Shown here: in pieces, positions 16,985-27,228 of the stretch
How positions within the stretch are numbered: position 1 is the stretch's first letter
Layout of the letters: each line of letters starts with the position of its first letter
Notes under the pieces: model-generated
What the model was told of the DNA's origin: nothing
Database searches by the model: none
What the model saw: only the letters and a program-made list of their open reading frames with translations
Program-made: the position numbers and the translations under genes
Assembly: GCA_903907175.1 (NCBI GenBank)
Contig: CAIVNB010000036.1
Span: forward strand, 1 to 53,977
Direction: 5' to 3'
Source: an uncultured bacterium
GTDB taxonomy: Bacteria; Patescibacteriota; Minisyncoccia; Phycocordibacterales; UBA9973
Length of the DNA: 53,977 nucleotides

Positions 16985-18289
16985 CTATTTTAATTCTTTT
17001 AAATAGTCTAATAGTTTACTTATTTTTATTGTATCTTGAGATCTATTGGACATATCACGTACTATTACAGAATCAGTCAGTGCTTCTTTTAATCCAAATA
17101 TTAGAACATAAGGTATAGCAAGTTTTTCAGCACTTGCTAATTGTGATCCGAGGTTGTCTTTTGAAAGTGATTGAGCTATTGGAATATGTGCTTTACGCAA
17201 TATTTCGATAACATTCAAACTTTTTAATTTTGCTTCAGACCCCAATTGTACGAAATATATTTTTGGTTTCTTTATTATGCGAGGACAGAGTTTCTTATAC
17301 CAAGAAGATGCGATAATTCTATCTACTCCAATTGAAAATCCAACAGCTGGAACATCTTTTTTACCACCAATTTGACGAGCAAGATAATCGTAACGTCCAC
17401 CTCCAGCAAGAGTGAGGGGAAGGCTACCATCTTCTTTTTTTTCTTCAATGATTTCAAAAACAGTGCGAGTATAATATGAGAGTCCTCGTACTAAATTTTT
17501 ATTTATATTATACCCAATTCCCATTTCTTCTAAGTATTCTAAAACTTCTGAGAAATGTTTTTTACAGGAAGGGCAAAGGAAACTCACGGAGTCTGGAGCA
17601 TTTTCATTTATCTCTATTGTTTTTGGATCTTTTGAATCAAGTATGCGTAGAGGGTTTGTTTTTAGGCGTTCACGATCAATTGCGGCAAGGCCATTTATAT
17701 TTTTTCGATAATAATTTGTAAGTTCTTTTATATATCCATGTCTACATTCTTTATCTCCGATTGAATTTATATCAACAGAAAGATTTTGCGCTCCCGCTTC
17801 CTCTAAAATATTCATTCCAACTTTTATTACAAGAGCATCCATAATACTTTTTCCACTTCCGAGAGAATCTAAGTCAAATTGATAAAATTGTCGATATCGT
17901 CCACGCTGAGGGTTGTCGTGACGGAACGTTGGTCCATATTGATAATACATTACTGGCTGTGGCATCGTTTGCATCCCATGTTCTATATATGCTCGCATTA
18001 AAGATGCAGTATGCTCAGGCCTCAAGGCCAAGACATCTTCGCCCTTTGTTTTTAGAGTGTACATTTCCTTATCTATTATGTCTGTTCCTTCTCCAATACC
18101 TGAAGTAAAAACTCTTTCATATTCTAACATTGGAGTTTCTATTGGTTTGAATCCGTAATATACAGCTATCTCTTGGGCCTTTTCAAAGAAGCCTTGAAAA
18201 TTATAGTATTCGTCATTCATGATATCCCTCATTCCTTTTGGAGATAAAATTTCCTTAGATTTACTTTTTTCTTGTTTATTTTTTTTCAT
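16985..18289 (-). CDS. hisS: Histidine--tRNA ligase
   Basis: ORF track, 434 aa. Motifs: PKGMRD, LRPEHTAS, FRHDNPQRGRYRQFYQFD, GGGRYD. Confidence 0.92.
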   Translation of the reverse strand: MKKNKQEKSKSKEILSPKGMRDIMNDEYYNFQGFFEKAQEIAVYYGFKPIETPMLEYERVFTSGIGEGTDIIDKEMYTLKTKGEDVLALRPEHTASLMRAYIEHGMQTMPQPVMYYQYGPTFRHDNPQRGRYRQFYQFDLDSLGSGKSIMDALVIKVGMNILEEAGAQNLSVDINSIGDKECRHGYIKELTNYYRKNINGLAAIDRERLKTNPLRILDSKDPKTIEINENAPDSVSFLCPSCKKHFSEVLEYLEEMGIGYNINKNLVRGLSYYTRTVFEIIEEKKEDGSLPLTLAGGGRYDYLARQIGGKKDVPAVGFSIGVDRIIASSWYKKLCPRIIKKPKIYFVQLGSEAKLKSLNVIEILRKAHIPIAQSLSKDNLGSQLASAEKLAIPYVLIFGLKEALTDSVIVRDMSNRSQDTIKISKLLDYLKELK

Positions 18290-18308
18290 ATTTTTATTTT
18301 GTAATTAA

Positions 18309-18878
18309 TTATTGAGACTGCTTGTAATCGCCAGGCATAAATCCTATCTTGTTTATTGGTAGTAATCGCAAGAGGGCTCTTCCCACTAAAAGTTTTTTTG
18401 GTACCACTCCCCAATATCTTGAATCAGAACTTGCTGGCCTATTGTCGCCCATTACGAAATATTCATTAGCTCCAAGTTCTTTGTGTGCATCTATCCCACC
18501 AGTATTCACTATAAATGGTTGATCAAGTTTAAAACCATTAGGATGTTCTTTGTTGATAATTGTGACTTCATTTATATCACTTTTTACATCAACTGTCTCA
18601 CCTGGGAGTCCAATTATTCTTTTAATAAAAAATATTTTTGTATTATTTGGATTTTTAAAAACTACGACGTCATCTCTCTTAGGGGTACCAACGATATAAG
18701 ATATTTCATCTACAACTAAATATTGCCCATCTGCAAAGGTTGGTACCATTGAAGATCCTGAGACAATAAACGGCTGAGCAATAAACATTCGGATAGGTAC
18801 AACGATTGCTATTGCAATCAATGCAAAACGAGCCAGTTCCCAAAACGACTGCCAATTAGACTTTTTTTGATTTTCCAT
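18309..18878 (-). CDS. lepB: Signal peptidase I
   Basis: ORF track, 189 aa. It has an N-terminal TM segment. Motifs: SGSSMVPTF, GDNRPASSDSRYWG. Confidence 0.9.
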   Translation of the reverse strand: MENQKKSNWQSFWELARFALIAIAIVVPIRMFIAQPFIVSGSSMVPTFADGQYLVVDEISYIVGTPKRDDVVVFKNPNNTKIFFIKRIIGLPGETVDVKSDINEVTIINKEHPNGFKLDQPFIVNTGGIDAHKELGANEYFVMGDNRPASSDSRYWGVVPKKLLVGRALLRLLPINKIGFMPGDYKQSQ

Positions 18879-18973
18879 TTGACTATTTTATCACAAATAT
18901 TCCTTGACACAATGGGGTCTTTTGTTGGGTAATATAATTGAGCACAAAGTTTTATTATGTTATTATCTTAATT

Positions 18974-19561
18974 ATGAAATTAGTCGCTGGTTTAGGGAAC
19001 CCAGGAAGTGAATACGAAGGAACAAGGCATAATACCGGATGGATTATGTTAGATTTTCTTTTGGGGAATAAAGTTGAATGGAAACCTGCCAATGGAACAA
19101 AATTACTTTTTTTTAAAGATTCAATCGGAGGGAAGCCGACTGAGTATATTAAGCCTACAACTTTTATGAATAATTCTGGTATTGCGGTAGCGCATGTTAA
19201 AGATAAACATAAATTAAATTTAAAAGATATTGTAATTATTTACGATGATGTTGATTTACCTATTGGCAAAATGAAAATTTCTTATAATAGAAGTTCTGGT
19301 GGACACAATGGCTTGGAATCAATAATCAAAAAATTAAAATCTCGTGAATTTGTACGTATTCGAGTTGGTATTGCACCTGCGACTCCGTCAGGGAAAATTA
19401 AAAAACCAAAAGGGGAGGAAGCAATGTTAAAATTTTTGCTGGGTAAATACAAAGAACCTGAATTGAAAGAACTTAAAAAACTTTCAAAAAAAGTATCCGA
19501 AGCACTTGAAACAATCTTTACCGAAGGTAAAGACAAAGCTATGTCTCTCTATAATCAATAG
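18974..19561 (+). CDS. pth: Peptidyl-tRNA hydrolase
   Basis: The ORF track entry 18938-19561 is trimmed to ATG 18974 (MKLVAGLGNPGSEYEGTRHNTGW), the canonical Pth N-terminus. Confidence 0.9.
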   Translation: MKLVAGLGNPGSEYEGTRHNTGWIMLDFLLGNKVEWKPANGTKLLFFKDSIGGKPTEYIKPTTFMNNSGIAVAHVKDKHKLNLKDIVIIYDDVDLPIGKMKISYNRSSGGHNGLESIIKKLKSREFVRIRVGIAPATPSGKIKKPKGEEAMLKFLLGKYKEPELKELKKLSKKVSEALETIFTEGKDKAMSLYNQ

Positions 19562-19757
19562 TAATGTCTGCCCGCCTTTGGTGGGAGGCTGTATAATTAA
19601 TTCCAGATTGGCTTTTTTTAATTATATGCTATCATGCAGACAATGAGAGTTCTTTGAAGTTGTATTTAGGTTGCATTAGTTGGATTGTTTTTGTTCCCAA
19701 GTTTTTAGAAATAAAGACAGTTCAATTAATGTTACAAATAATCTAAATTTTGAAAGT

Positions 19758-20039
19758 ATGCAGACACAAACAGTAGAAACAATATCAATCATTGATTGGT
19801 ATGTAGAAGAAGTTGAAAAGGAGTTGGGTGGACGTCCCGACAAAAGAGAAAAGTTCATAGAGGCGCTAAAAGAAAATCCTGAGACAGTTCAGGAAGAAAT
19901 CAAGGCTCACAGGAAGAGCAGTCTTGCAAGTGCATTCAGGTCTGGTAAGGTGAAGGGTTTTTGCAGCGATGTAATTAACCCTGATCAGTTTGCAGTAAAC
20001 ATCCTGCGTGCTCTCCAGGTAAGGCTTCTTAATAATTGA
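19758..20039 (+). CDS. Hypothetical 93-aa protein with G+C-richer composition than its neighbours
   Basis: The ORF track entry 19680-20039 is trimmed to the first ATG at 19758. A strong terminator follows. I do not recognise a family. Confidence 0.45.
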   Translation: MQTQTVETISIIDWYVEEVEKELGGRPDKREKFIEALKENPETVQEEIKAHRKSSLASAFRSGKVKGFCSDVINPDQFAVNILRALQVRLLNN

Positions 20040-20061
20040 GATTCCACCCAAAAAAGTTGGG

Positions 20062-20095
20062 CAGCTTGGGCAAATATTGCTCAAGCTGTTTTTTT
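20062..20095. terminator. Bidirectional rho-independent terminator
   Basis: cagcttgggca (20062-20072) pairs with tgctcaagctg (20078-20088), giving 11 bp with one G-U, followed by T7. It abuts the dnaE stop on the other strand. Confidence 0.7.
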
Positions 20096-23000
20096 AAACC
20101 TCTTTCACTCCTTCAATGATGATGCTCTTTTCGCCGTTGCGGAGGGAGACTTTGCCGGTTAGGGCAATACATTTTTCAGGTACAAAAGTTTCAATTGAAT
20201 TTTTAAATACACTTGGGAAGACAACTGCCTCTATAGAATCAGTTAAATCAGAAATTTTTATAAATGCCATACGTTCATTGTTCTTTGTGATTACTTGTCT
20301 TACTGTTTCAATTATTCCAGCTATTGTCACTGGCAATCCATTACCCATTTCTTCTTTTATTTTTTTAATATTTATATCTCGTTTTTCAAGTTTGTCTCTG
20401 ATCCTATCTAGAGGGTGGCCAGAAATATAAAGTCCCAATAATTCCTTTTCCCAAATTAACATATCTTTCTGTGTAGCATTTTCTCCTTTTTTCAGTTTAA
20501 AACCTGGAGCTTTGCTTTCTGTCATTCCACCAAAAAGGGAAGTCTGATTTTGTGCAAGTTTTCCAAGTTCTTTATTATATAAAAGCATATCTTCAAGATT
20601 TCCCAAAAGTATTCCTCGATCACACAAATCCTGCCCGCCGGCAGGCAGGTCATCCATTGCGCCGGACTTAATAAGCGCTTCCATTGATTTTTTATTTAAA
20701 TTTTTATGTTTGATTCTATCTAGGAAATCAGAAATAGACTTAAATTTTCCAGCTTGTTTCCTTTCAGCGATTATTGCATCAGAAATATCTGTTCCCATAT
20801 TTTTGATTGTATATAGTCCAAAGCGAATTTTCGCACTTACATTTTTACTACTTATTGGTTCGTCTAAATTATTAGGTAAACAAGTAAAGCCGCCAAAGCT
20901 TTCATTTATATTTGGGGGGAGAACTGGGATACTCATATTTTTACACTCATTAATTATTTCAGAAATTTTTTCAACATCACCAGATTCAGCGGTGAGAATG
21001 GCCGTCATATATTCTACCGGATAATTTGCTTTCATATAAGCAGTCTGATATGCGACTTTTCCATAAGAGGCTGCGTGGGCTTTGTTAAAACCATAAGCCT
21101 GGAATGGTTCAAAAAGTTTCCAAAGTTTCTCAGCAAATTCTGGGGTTTGTCCATTATCTATAATTCCTTTAGTGAATTTTTTATATTGAGCCGCCATTTC
21201 CGCTGGGATTTTTTTACCGACAGCTTTACGGAATTTGTCTGCTTCTTCCCAGTTATAGCCTGCCATTTCAAGTGCACAAAAAAGAAGGTCGTCTTGATAA
21301 ACAATTAAACCATAGGATTCGGTCAAGAATTTTTTCATTCTTGGGTCTAAGTATTTTACAAGTCTTGGGTTATGTTTACGTTTAATATATTCTGGTATCG
21401 ATTCCATAGGACCCGGTCGATAAAGAGCCACCATGGCGTTGATATCATGGATTGAAGTTGGTTTTAATTCTTTTAGATATCTTGTCATTCCGCTTCCGTT
21501 TAATTGGAAAAGCCCTTCAGTCTGTCCAGATGCCAAAAGTGCAAAAGTTTTCTTGTCATCAAGAGGGATACGTTCGATGTCGATATCTATGTTATAGAAT
21601 TTTTTAACTAAACTTACTGCGTCTCCCAATATTGCTAGGTTTCGAATTCCAAGAAAGTCGAATTTTAAAAGGCCAGCGTCTTCTATGCTATACATATCGT
21701 ATTGAGTGATGACTTTTCCACCCTTTGGGTCGAACTGAGTTGGGGTGTATTCGTAAAGTGGCTTTGGGGAAATAACCACTCCAGCAGCATGTACTGAAAT
21801 GTGTCTTACGCAACCTTCTAATTTTTTTGCTAAATCTATTATTTCTTTTGTATCTTTTTCTTCCTCATATGCTTTTTTTAATTCCGGAACTATTTCCATC
21901 GCATGGTCTATGGTCATAGGCATTCCTTGTGAACCCATTGGAATCATTTTTGAAATTCGGTCACCGATAGCATATGGATGTGCAAGTGCACGAGCGACAT
22001 CCCTAACTGCTCCACGAGCCATCATCGTACCGAAAGTACCAATTTGAGCCACCTTATCTTCGCCATATTTTTGTTTTGTATATTCAATCATTTCATCACG
22101 CCTATTGTCAGCGTAGTCCATATCTATGTCGGGAGGCGAAGGACGGAATGGGTTTAAGAATCTTTCAAAGGGGAGCTTGTATTCTATTGGATTTACTTTA
22201 GTGATACCCAAAAGATAAGTTACCATTGAACCTGCGACAGATCCTCTGATTGTGGTTAAAATGCCGTGTTCTTTTGCGTAATGAAGTAAGTCTCCAACTA
22301 CCAAGAAATACGGCGTGTATCCTTTATTAAAGATAATTGCAAGTTCATATTCTACACGTTCTTTTATTTCAGGACTTTCTTTAATCCCAAGTTTTTCATA
22401 ACCTTTTTCAATAAGTTCACGCATCTTTGTCTCATAAGATTTACCTTCTTCTATCTTATAATCAGGGAAAACCCATTTTCCAAGATCAATTTCTACATTA
22501 CACATATCTGCGATTTTTATGGTGTTAGAAACTGCCTCGGGTATATCTTTGAAAATTTCATAAGCTTTTTCTGGAGAAACAAAAGAATAATCATCATCAC
22601 CGAATGAGAATTTATTTTCGTCTTTTATATCAGAATTTGTTTGTATCGCGAGCAATGTTTCATGAGCTTTAGCATCTTCTTTGTGAGGGTAATGAGAGTC
22701 AAAAGTAGCAACGAGCGGAATATTAAATTTTTTACTCATCTTAATAATACTCTCTCGAGCGAGAGCATCGTCTGGGACAGTCTCATGTTTCATTATTTCC
22801 AAGAAATAGTTTTCTTTACCAAAAATTTCTTGATGTTCTTTTATTATCAACTCTCCCTTTTCCTCGTCTTTATTTATAAGTGCTTGGGAAAGTTCTCCGC
22901 CGAGACATCCCGAAAGACAAATAATTCCTTTCGAATATTTTCGCAATATTTCTTTGTCCATTCTTGGCTTGTAGTAATAACCTTCCAAGTTAGAGAGCGT

Positions 23001-23321
23001 TACAAGTTGAATTAAGTTTTTGTAACCTTCGTTGTTTTTTGCAAGTAATGTCAAATGATAACGTTTGCTATCTATGCCAGATTCTTTATCTAATCGTGAG
23101 CGTTCAGCAATATATGCCTCAACACCAATAATTGGCTTTATCCCTTCTTTTTTAGCAAGTTTATAGAATTCTATTGCGGCATACATATTGCCGTGATCTG
23201 TTATGGCAATTGCTGGCATTTTGTATTTTTTAGCAAGTTTTACCAAATCTTCAACCTTAGAAAGCCCATCTAGCAGGGAATAGTGTGAATGCGTATGCAA
23301 GTGGACGAATTTTGATTCCAT
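20094..23321 (-). CDS. dnaE: DNA polymerase III alpha subunit
   Basis: ORF track, 1075 aa. It has a PHP domain N-terminus ([15 protein letters not shown]) and the conserved polymerase core. Confidence 0.95.
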   Translation of the reverse strand: MESKFVHLHTHSHYSLLDGLSKVEDLVKLAKKYKMPAIAITDHGNMYAAIEFYKLAKKEGIKPIIGVEAYIAERSRLDKESGIDSKRYHLTLLAKNNEGYKNLIQLVTLSNLEGYYYKPRMDKEILRKYSKGIICLSGCLGGELSQALINKDEEKGELIIKEHQEIFGKENYFLEIMKHETVPDDALARESIIKMSKKFNIPLVATFDSHYPHKEDAKAHETLLAIQTNSDIKDENKFSFGDDDYSFVSPEKAYEIFKDIPEAVSNTIKIADMCNVEIDLGKWVFPDYKIEEGKSYETKMRELIEKGYEKLGIKESPEIKERVEYELAIIFNKGYTPYFLVVGDLLHYAKEHGILTTIRGSVAGSMVTYLLGITKVNPIEYKLPFERFLNPFRPSPPDIDMDYADNRRDEMIEYTKQKYGEDKVAQIGTFGTMMARGAVRDVARALAHPYAIGDRISKMIPMGSQGMPMTIDHAMEIVPELKKAYEEEKDTKEIIDLAKKLEGCVRHISVHAAGVVISPKPLYEYTPTQFDPKGGKVITQYDMYSIEDAGLLKFDFLGIRNLAILGDAVSLVKKFYNIDIDIERIPLDDKKTFALLASGQTEGLFQLNGSGMTRYLKELKPTSIHDINAMVALYRPGPMESIPEYIKRKHNPRLVKYLDPRMKKFLTESYGLIVYQDDLLFCALEMAGYNWEEADKFRKAVGKKIPAEMAAQYKKFTKGIIDNGQTPEFAEKLWKLFEPFQAYGFNKAHAASYGKVAYQTAYMKANYPVEYMTAILTAESGDVEKISEIINECKNMSIPVLPPNINESFGGFTCLPNNLDEPISSKNVSAKIRFGLYTIKNMGTDISDAIIAERKQAGKFKSISDFLDRIKHKNLNKKSMEALIKSGAMDDLPAGGQDLCDRGILLGNLEDMLLYNKELGKLAQNQTSLFGGMTESKAPGFKLKKGENATQKDMLIWEKELLGLYISGHPLDRIRDKLEKRDINIKKIKEEMGNGLPVTIAGIIETVRQVITKNNERMAFIKISDLTDSIEAVVFPSVFKNSIETFVPEKCIALTGKVSLRNGEKSIIIEGVKEV

Positions 23322-23353
23322 TTTACCTATATTAACATAAATTTAAAATAAAT

Positions 23354-24055
23354 TTATTCTAAATTTGAAATTAAATAAGTGGCGATGATAGCTGCTGTTT
23401 CACCGCGTAAAGTAAGAGAGCCAAGAGAGGCAATTTTGAAATTTAAATTTTTTGCTTCTATAATTTCTTTTTCCGTCCATCCACCTTCAGGGCCGATGAA
23501 AATATTAACATTTCCTGACTTGGCGGCTAAACTGCCAAGTGATTCTCCAGAAGAATCAAATAATATATTCAAATTATTTTTATTTGTTAACTCTAAGCTT
23601 TTATCAAAATTAATTGGTTCTAAAATTTCTGGAATATTTATACGACCACATTGTTCGCTTGCCTCCTTGGCTATTTTTTGTAGTCTCTCTATGTTCAAAC
23701 CTGTTTTTATTGTACGTTCTGAAATGATTGGAACTATTTTTGAGACACCACATTCTGTAGCTTTTTGTACCACTAACTCAAAGTTCTCTTTTTTTAATAC
23801 AGCACAGAAGAGAGCAACATTATTCTTTGGTTGATTTTTATTTTCCTCCTTTTCTTTAATTAAAACATCAATATTGTTTTTTTTCATATTACATATTTCA
23901 GCTATCACTGATATATGTTTTCCATCACACAACTCAACAAGCTCACCCTTTTTAAGTCTTAGGACATTTTTCATTTGGTTTACTATTTCTGTGTCTGTAA
24001 TTTGTAGGCTTTCTTTAGATAGATCAAAGGATCCAATAAATCTATGAATTTTCAT
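23354..24055 (-). CDS. rsmE: 16S rRNA (uracil1498-N3)-methyltransferase, RsmE family
   Basis: ORF track, 233 aa. N-terminus MKIHRF and C-terminal motif IGPEGGWTEKE. Confidence 0.8.
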   Translation of the reverse strand: MKIHRFIGSFDLSKESLQITDTEIVNQMKNVLRLKKGELVELCDGKHISVIAEICNMKKNNIDVLIKEKEENKNQPKNNVALFCAVLKKENFELVVQKATECGVSKIVPIISERTIKTGLNIERLQKIAKEASEQCGRINIPEILEPINFDKSLELTNKNNLNILFDSSGESLGSLAAKSGNVNIFIGPEGGWTEKEIIEAKNLNFKIASLGSLTLRGETAAIIATYLISNLE

Positions 24056-24093
24056 ATCTTGATTTTAGCACATTTTTTTATTTTTCCATGGAG

Positions 24094-24102
24094 TGATATA
24101 AT
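24094..24102 (+). promoter_or_regulatory. Extended -10 promoter element upstream of the gap operon
   Basis: TGaTATAAT at 24094-24102, 28 nt upstream of the gap ATG. The -35 region is only a T-run. Confidence 0.4.
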
Positions 24103-24130
24103 AAAAACATTAAAATCTAATTTTATAATT

Positions 24131-25156
24131 ATGAATACAATAAAAGTAGCAATAAATGGTTTCGGACGCATTGGAAGGGCATTTTTAAAGGTTTCTTGGG
24201 ACAAACCCGAAATTGAGATTGTGGCAGTTAATGATTTGGGTTCGATTGAAAGTTTGGCATATTTACTTCGTCACGATACTGTTTATCGAAATTGGGGACA
24301 TAAGGTAGAAGTATCTGGAACTGATTTAATTATTGACGGTAAGAAAGTAAAATTTGTTTCTGAAAAAGATACCACAAAACTTCCATGGAAAGATTTAGGT
24401 GTTGATGTTGTTGTTGAATCGACAGGGTTATTTACTTCATTTGATAAAGCAAAATTCCATCTTGATCAAGGTGCAAAAAAAGTAGTTATTAGTGCTCCGT
24501 CAAAAGGAGGAGACGGGACCGTAAAAGGTGAGACGATTTTACTTGGTATTAATGAAGAAAAATTTGGCACAGCAGATATCACCTCAAATGCATCTTGTAC
24601 AACAAATGCAACCTCACCACTTATCGCAATCTTACATGAAGCAATTGGAATTGAAAAAGCAATTTTAAATACAGTCCATGGATACACTGGTACTCAAGCT
24701 CTCGTCGATGGTCCAAGTAAAAAAGATTTAAGAGAAGGACGTGCTGCTGCACAAAATATCGTTCCTTCTTCAACTGGTGCTGCGATTGCGGTGACCTTAG
24801 CATTTCCTGAACTTAAAGGATTATTCGATGGTATTTCGATTCGTGTGCCAGTACCTGCTGGTTCAATAGTTGATGTTACTTTTATTGCAAAAAAGAATAC
24901 TACGAAAGAAGAAGTAAATGAAATCTTAACAAAAGCTTCAAATGACCCACGTTGGAAAAATATTTTTACAGTTACCAATGAACCACTTGTATCTTCAGAT
25001 ATACTTGGTAATTCTCATGCATCGATTGCGGATCTTGAAATGACAAGAGTTGTCGGAGGTAATCTTGTAAAAGTTCTTGGCTGGTATGATAATGAAATGG
25101 GGTATACATATACATTAGTAGATCATGTTATTAAAACAGGGAATACAATAAAATAA
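24131..25156 (+). CDS. gap: Glyceraldehyde-3-phosphate dehydrogenase
   Basis: The ORF track entry 24044-25156 is trimmed to ATG 24131 (MNTIKVAINGFGRIGR). The active-site motif SNASCTTN is present. Confidence 0.93.
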   Translation: MNTIKVAINGFGRIGRAFLKVSWDKPEIEIVAVNDLGSIESLAYLLRHDTVYRNWGHKVEVSGTDLIIDGKKVKFVSEKDTTKLPWKDLGVDVVVESTGLFTSFDKAKFHLDQGAKKVVISAPSKGGDGTVKGETILLGINEEKFGTADITSNASCTTNATSPLIAILHEAIGIEKAILNTVHGYTGTQALVDGPSKKDLREGRAAAQNIVPSSTGAAIAVTLAFPELKGLFDGISIRVPVPAGSIVDVTFIAKKNTTKEEVNEILTKASNDPRWKNIFTVTNEPLVSSDILGNSHASIADLEMTRVVGGNLVKVLGWYDNEMGYTYTLVDHVIKTGNTIK

Positions 25157-25157
25157 T

Positions 25158-25643
25158 ATGAAAATATACATAGGAAGTGACCATGTTGGATTTGAATTTA
25201 AAGAAAAATTAAAAAGTTATTTAGGAGATCTTGGGTACGAAGTAGAAGACAAAGGTGCTTTTAAATATGATGGTAATGATGATTATCCAGATTTCATAAG
25301 ACCTGTTGCAGAGGCTGTCGCAGGGAACGCAGAAAGTAAGGGAATTATCATAGGTGGAAGTGGTCAAGGTGAAGCAATTTGTGCCAATAAAACAAAGGGA
25401 ATACGAGCGGTTGTTTTTTATGGTCCAAAAGAAGCAGTAGAATCAGTTGACATAAGTGGACGAAAAAGTGCGGATACTTTTGAACTTATAAAATTAGCGA
25501 GAGAACACAATAATGCAAATATTTTATCTTTAGGTTTGCGATTCCAAACTATTGACGAAGCAAAATTTGCCGCTGAATTATTTTTGTCTTCAAAGTTTTC
25601 TGGAGAAGAAAGACATATTAGAAGAATAAATAAAATTGATTAA
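25158..25643 (+). CDS. rpiB: Ribose-5-phosphate isomerase B (RpiB/LacA/LacB family)
   Basis: ORF track, 161 aa. Motifs: MKIYIGSDHVGFEFK, GIIIGGSGQGEAICANK. Confidence 0.88.
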   Translation: MKIYIGSDHVGFEFKEKLKSYLGDLGYEVEDKGAFKYDGNDDYPDFIRPVAEAVAGNAESKGIIIGGSGQGEAICANKTKGIRAVVFYGPKEAVESVDISGRKSADTFELIKLAREHNNANILSLGLRFQTIDEAKFAAELFLSSKFSGEERHIRRINKID

Positions 25644-25645
25644 AA

Positions 25646-26344
25646 ATGATTGACATAATTCCTGCAATTTTAGAAAAAAGCTATGAAGGCATGAAAAACA
25701 AGATTTCACTTGTTCGAGGTATTACACCAGTTGTCCAGATTGATTTTTGTGATGGGATATATGTTCCTTCAAAAACTTGGCCATTTTCTACAGGTGGATT
25801 TGAAGATGAGAATTTTTTAAAAATTTTAGAAGAACAAGAAGGAATGCCATTTTGGGAAGACATTGAATTCGAATTAGACATGATGGTAGTTGATGCAGTT
25901 TCGAATTTTGATATCTACACAAAACTCGGGCCAAAAAGAATTATTTTTCATATTGGAGCAGTTGGAGACTTGAATGAATTTAAAGATTTTCTTGAAGGAA
26001 TGGATGTATATATTCGTGATTCTATTGAAATAGGGTTAGCCGTAAAACCAAGCACTGAGAATGAGAAGATTTTCCCATTAGTAAATCATGTTGATTTTAT
26101 TCAATGTATGGGGAACGACAAAATAGGTCAACAAGGAGTAGAATTAGACCCGAAAGTGTATGAGAAAATAAAAAGTTTAAGAGAAAAATATCCTGATTTA
26201 CCAATTGCAGTTGATATTGGGGTAAATGGCGAGACAGCACCATTGCTTATTGAAGCGGGAGTGACAAAGCTTGTTGCTGGATCGATGGTTTTTAGATCAG
26301 AAGATATACGAGAGACGATTAATTATTTGGAGAATTTAGGATAA
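25646..26344 (+). CDS. Ribulose-phosphate 3-epimerase-like TIM-barrel protein (divergent)
   Basis: ORF track, 232 aa. The motifs IIPAIL...VVQIDFCDGIYVP and IAVDIGVNG align by eye with Rpe motifs, and the gene sits between rpiB and tkt. The canonical His ligands appear to be substituted. Confidence 0.55.
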   Translation: MIDIIPAILEKSYEGMKNKISLVRGITPVVQIDFCDGIYVPSKTWPFSTGGFEDENFLKILEEQEGMPFWEDIEFELDMMVVDAVSNFDIYTKLGPKRIIFHIGAVGDLNEFKDFLEGMDVYIRDSIEIGLAVKPSTENEKIFPLVNHVDFIQCMGNDKIGQQGVELDPKVYEKIKSLREKYPDLPIAVDIGVNGETAPLLIEAGVTKLVAGSMVFRSEDIRETINYLENLG

Positions 26345-26362
26345 TAGAATATAATAACTTTA

Positions 26363-27205
26363 ATGGCATTTTTATCTGATAAAAAAAATGAAGAGCTAAA
26401 AATAAAAGCGAATGATATTCGTAAGAGTGTAATTCGAATGTTAGTTGAGGCAAAAAGTGGGCATACGGCAGGATCTCTCGGTATGGCTGATGTTTTTACT
26501 CTTTTTTATTTTCATGTTTTGAAACACGATCCAAAGAATCCTGGCTGGGAAGAACGTGATAGAGTAGTTCTTTCAAATGGTCACATTTGTCCTGTGCTTT
26601 ATGCTGCGATGGCACACTCTGGGTACTTACCAATTGAAGAATTAAAAACTTTACGAAAATTTGGCTCTCGTCTTCAAGGTCATCCACACCGAGAATTTTT
26701 ACCGTATTTAGAGACTTCATCAGGACCACTTGGTGAAGGGCTTTCGCAATCTGTTGGTATGGCATTGGCTGATAAAATTGATAAAAAAGATTCTGGAAGA
26801 TTTATTTATTGTTTCTTGGGTGATGGAGAACTCAATGAAGGAAATAATTGGGAGGCTATTATGCTCGCGGGGAAAAATAAATTAAATAATTTGATTGCTA
26901 TTGTTGATAGAAATAATATTCAAATAGATGGCAATACTGAAGACATAATGCCACTTGAACCACTTATAAAAAAATGGCAATCGTTTAATTGGCATGCTAT
27001 AGAAGTAAATGGACACGATTTTAAATCTTTAAATAGTGCAATAGAAAAAGCCCAAGAAATAAAAGATAAACCGATCGTAATTCTTGCAGAAACAGTTGCT
27101 AGTCGTGGGATAAAAGAATGGGAAGGAGATTATCGATGGCACGGTAAACCACCTTCAAAAGAAGAAGGCGAGATGGCATTAAGAGAGCTGGAAAGTAGAA
27201 AGTAG
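26363..27205 (+). CDS. tkt: Transketolase, N-terminal (TPP-binding) subunit of a split enzyme
   Basis: ORF track, 280 aa. Motifs: SGHTAGSLG, GHPH, GDGELNEGNNWEA. Confidence 0.9.
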   Translation: MAFLSDKKNEELKIKANDIRKSVIRMLVEAKSGHTAGSLGMADVFTLFYFHVLKHDPKNPGWEERDRVVLSNGHICPVLYAAMAHSGYLPIEELKTLRKFGSRLQGHPHREFLPYLETSSGPLGEGLSQSVGMALADKIDKKDSGRFIYCFLGDGELNEGNNWEAIMLAGKNKLNNLIAIVDRNNIQIDGNTEDIMPLEPLIKKWQSFNWHAIEVNGHDFKSLNSAIEKAQEIKDKPIVILAETVASRGIKEWEGDYRWHGKPPSKEEGEMALRELESRK

Positions 27206-27228
27206 AAATTTAAAAGTAGAAAATAAAA

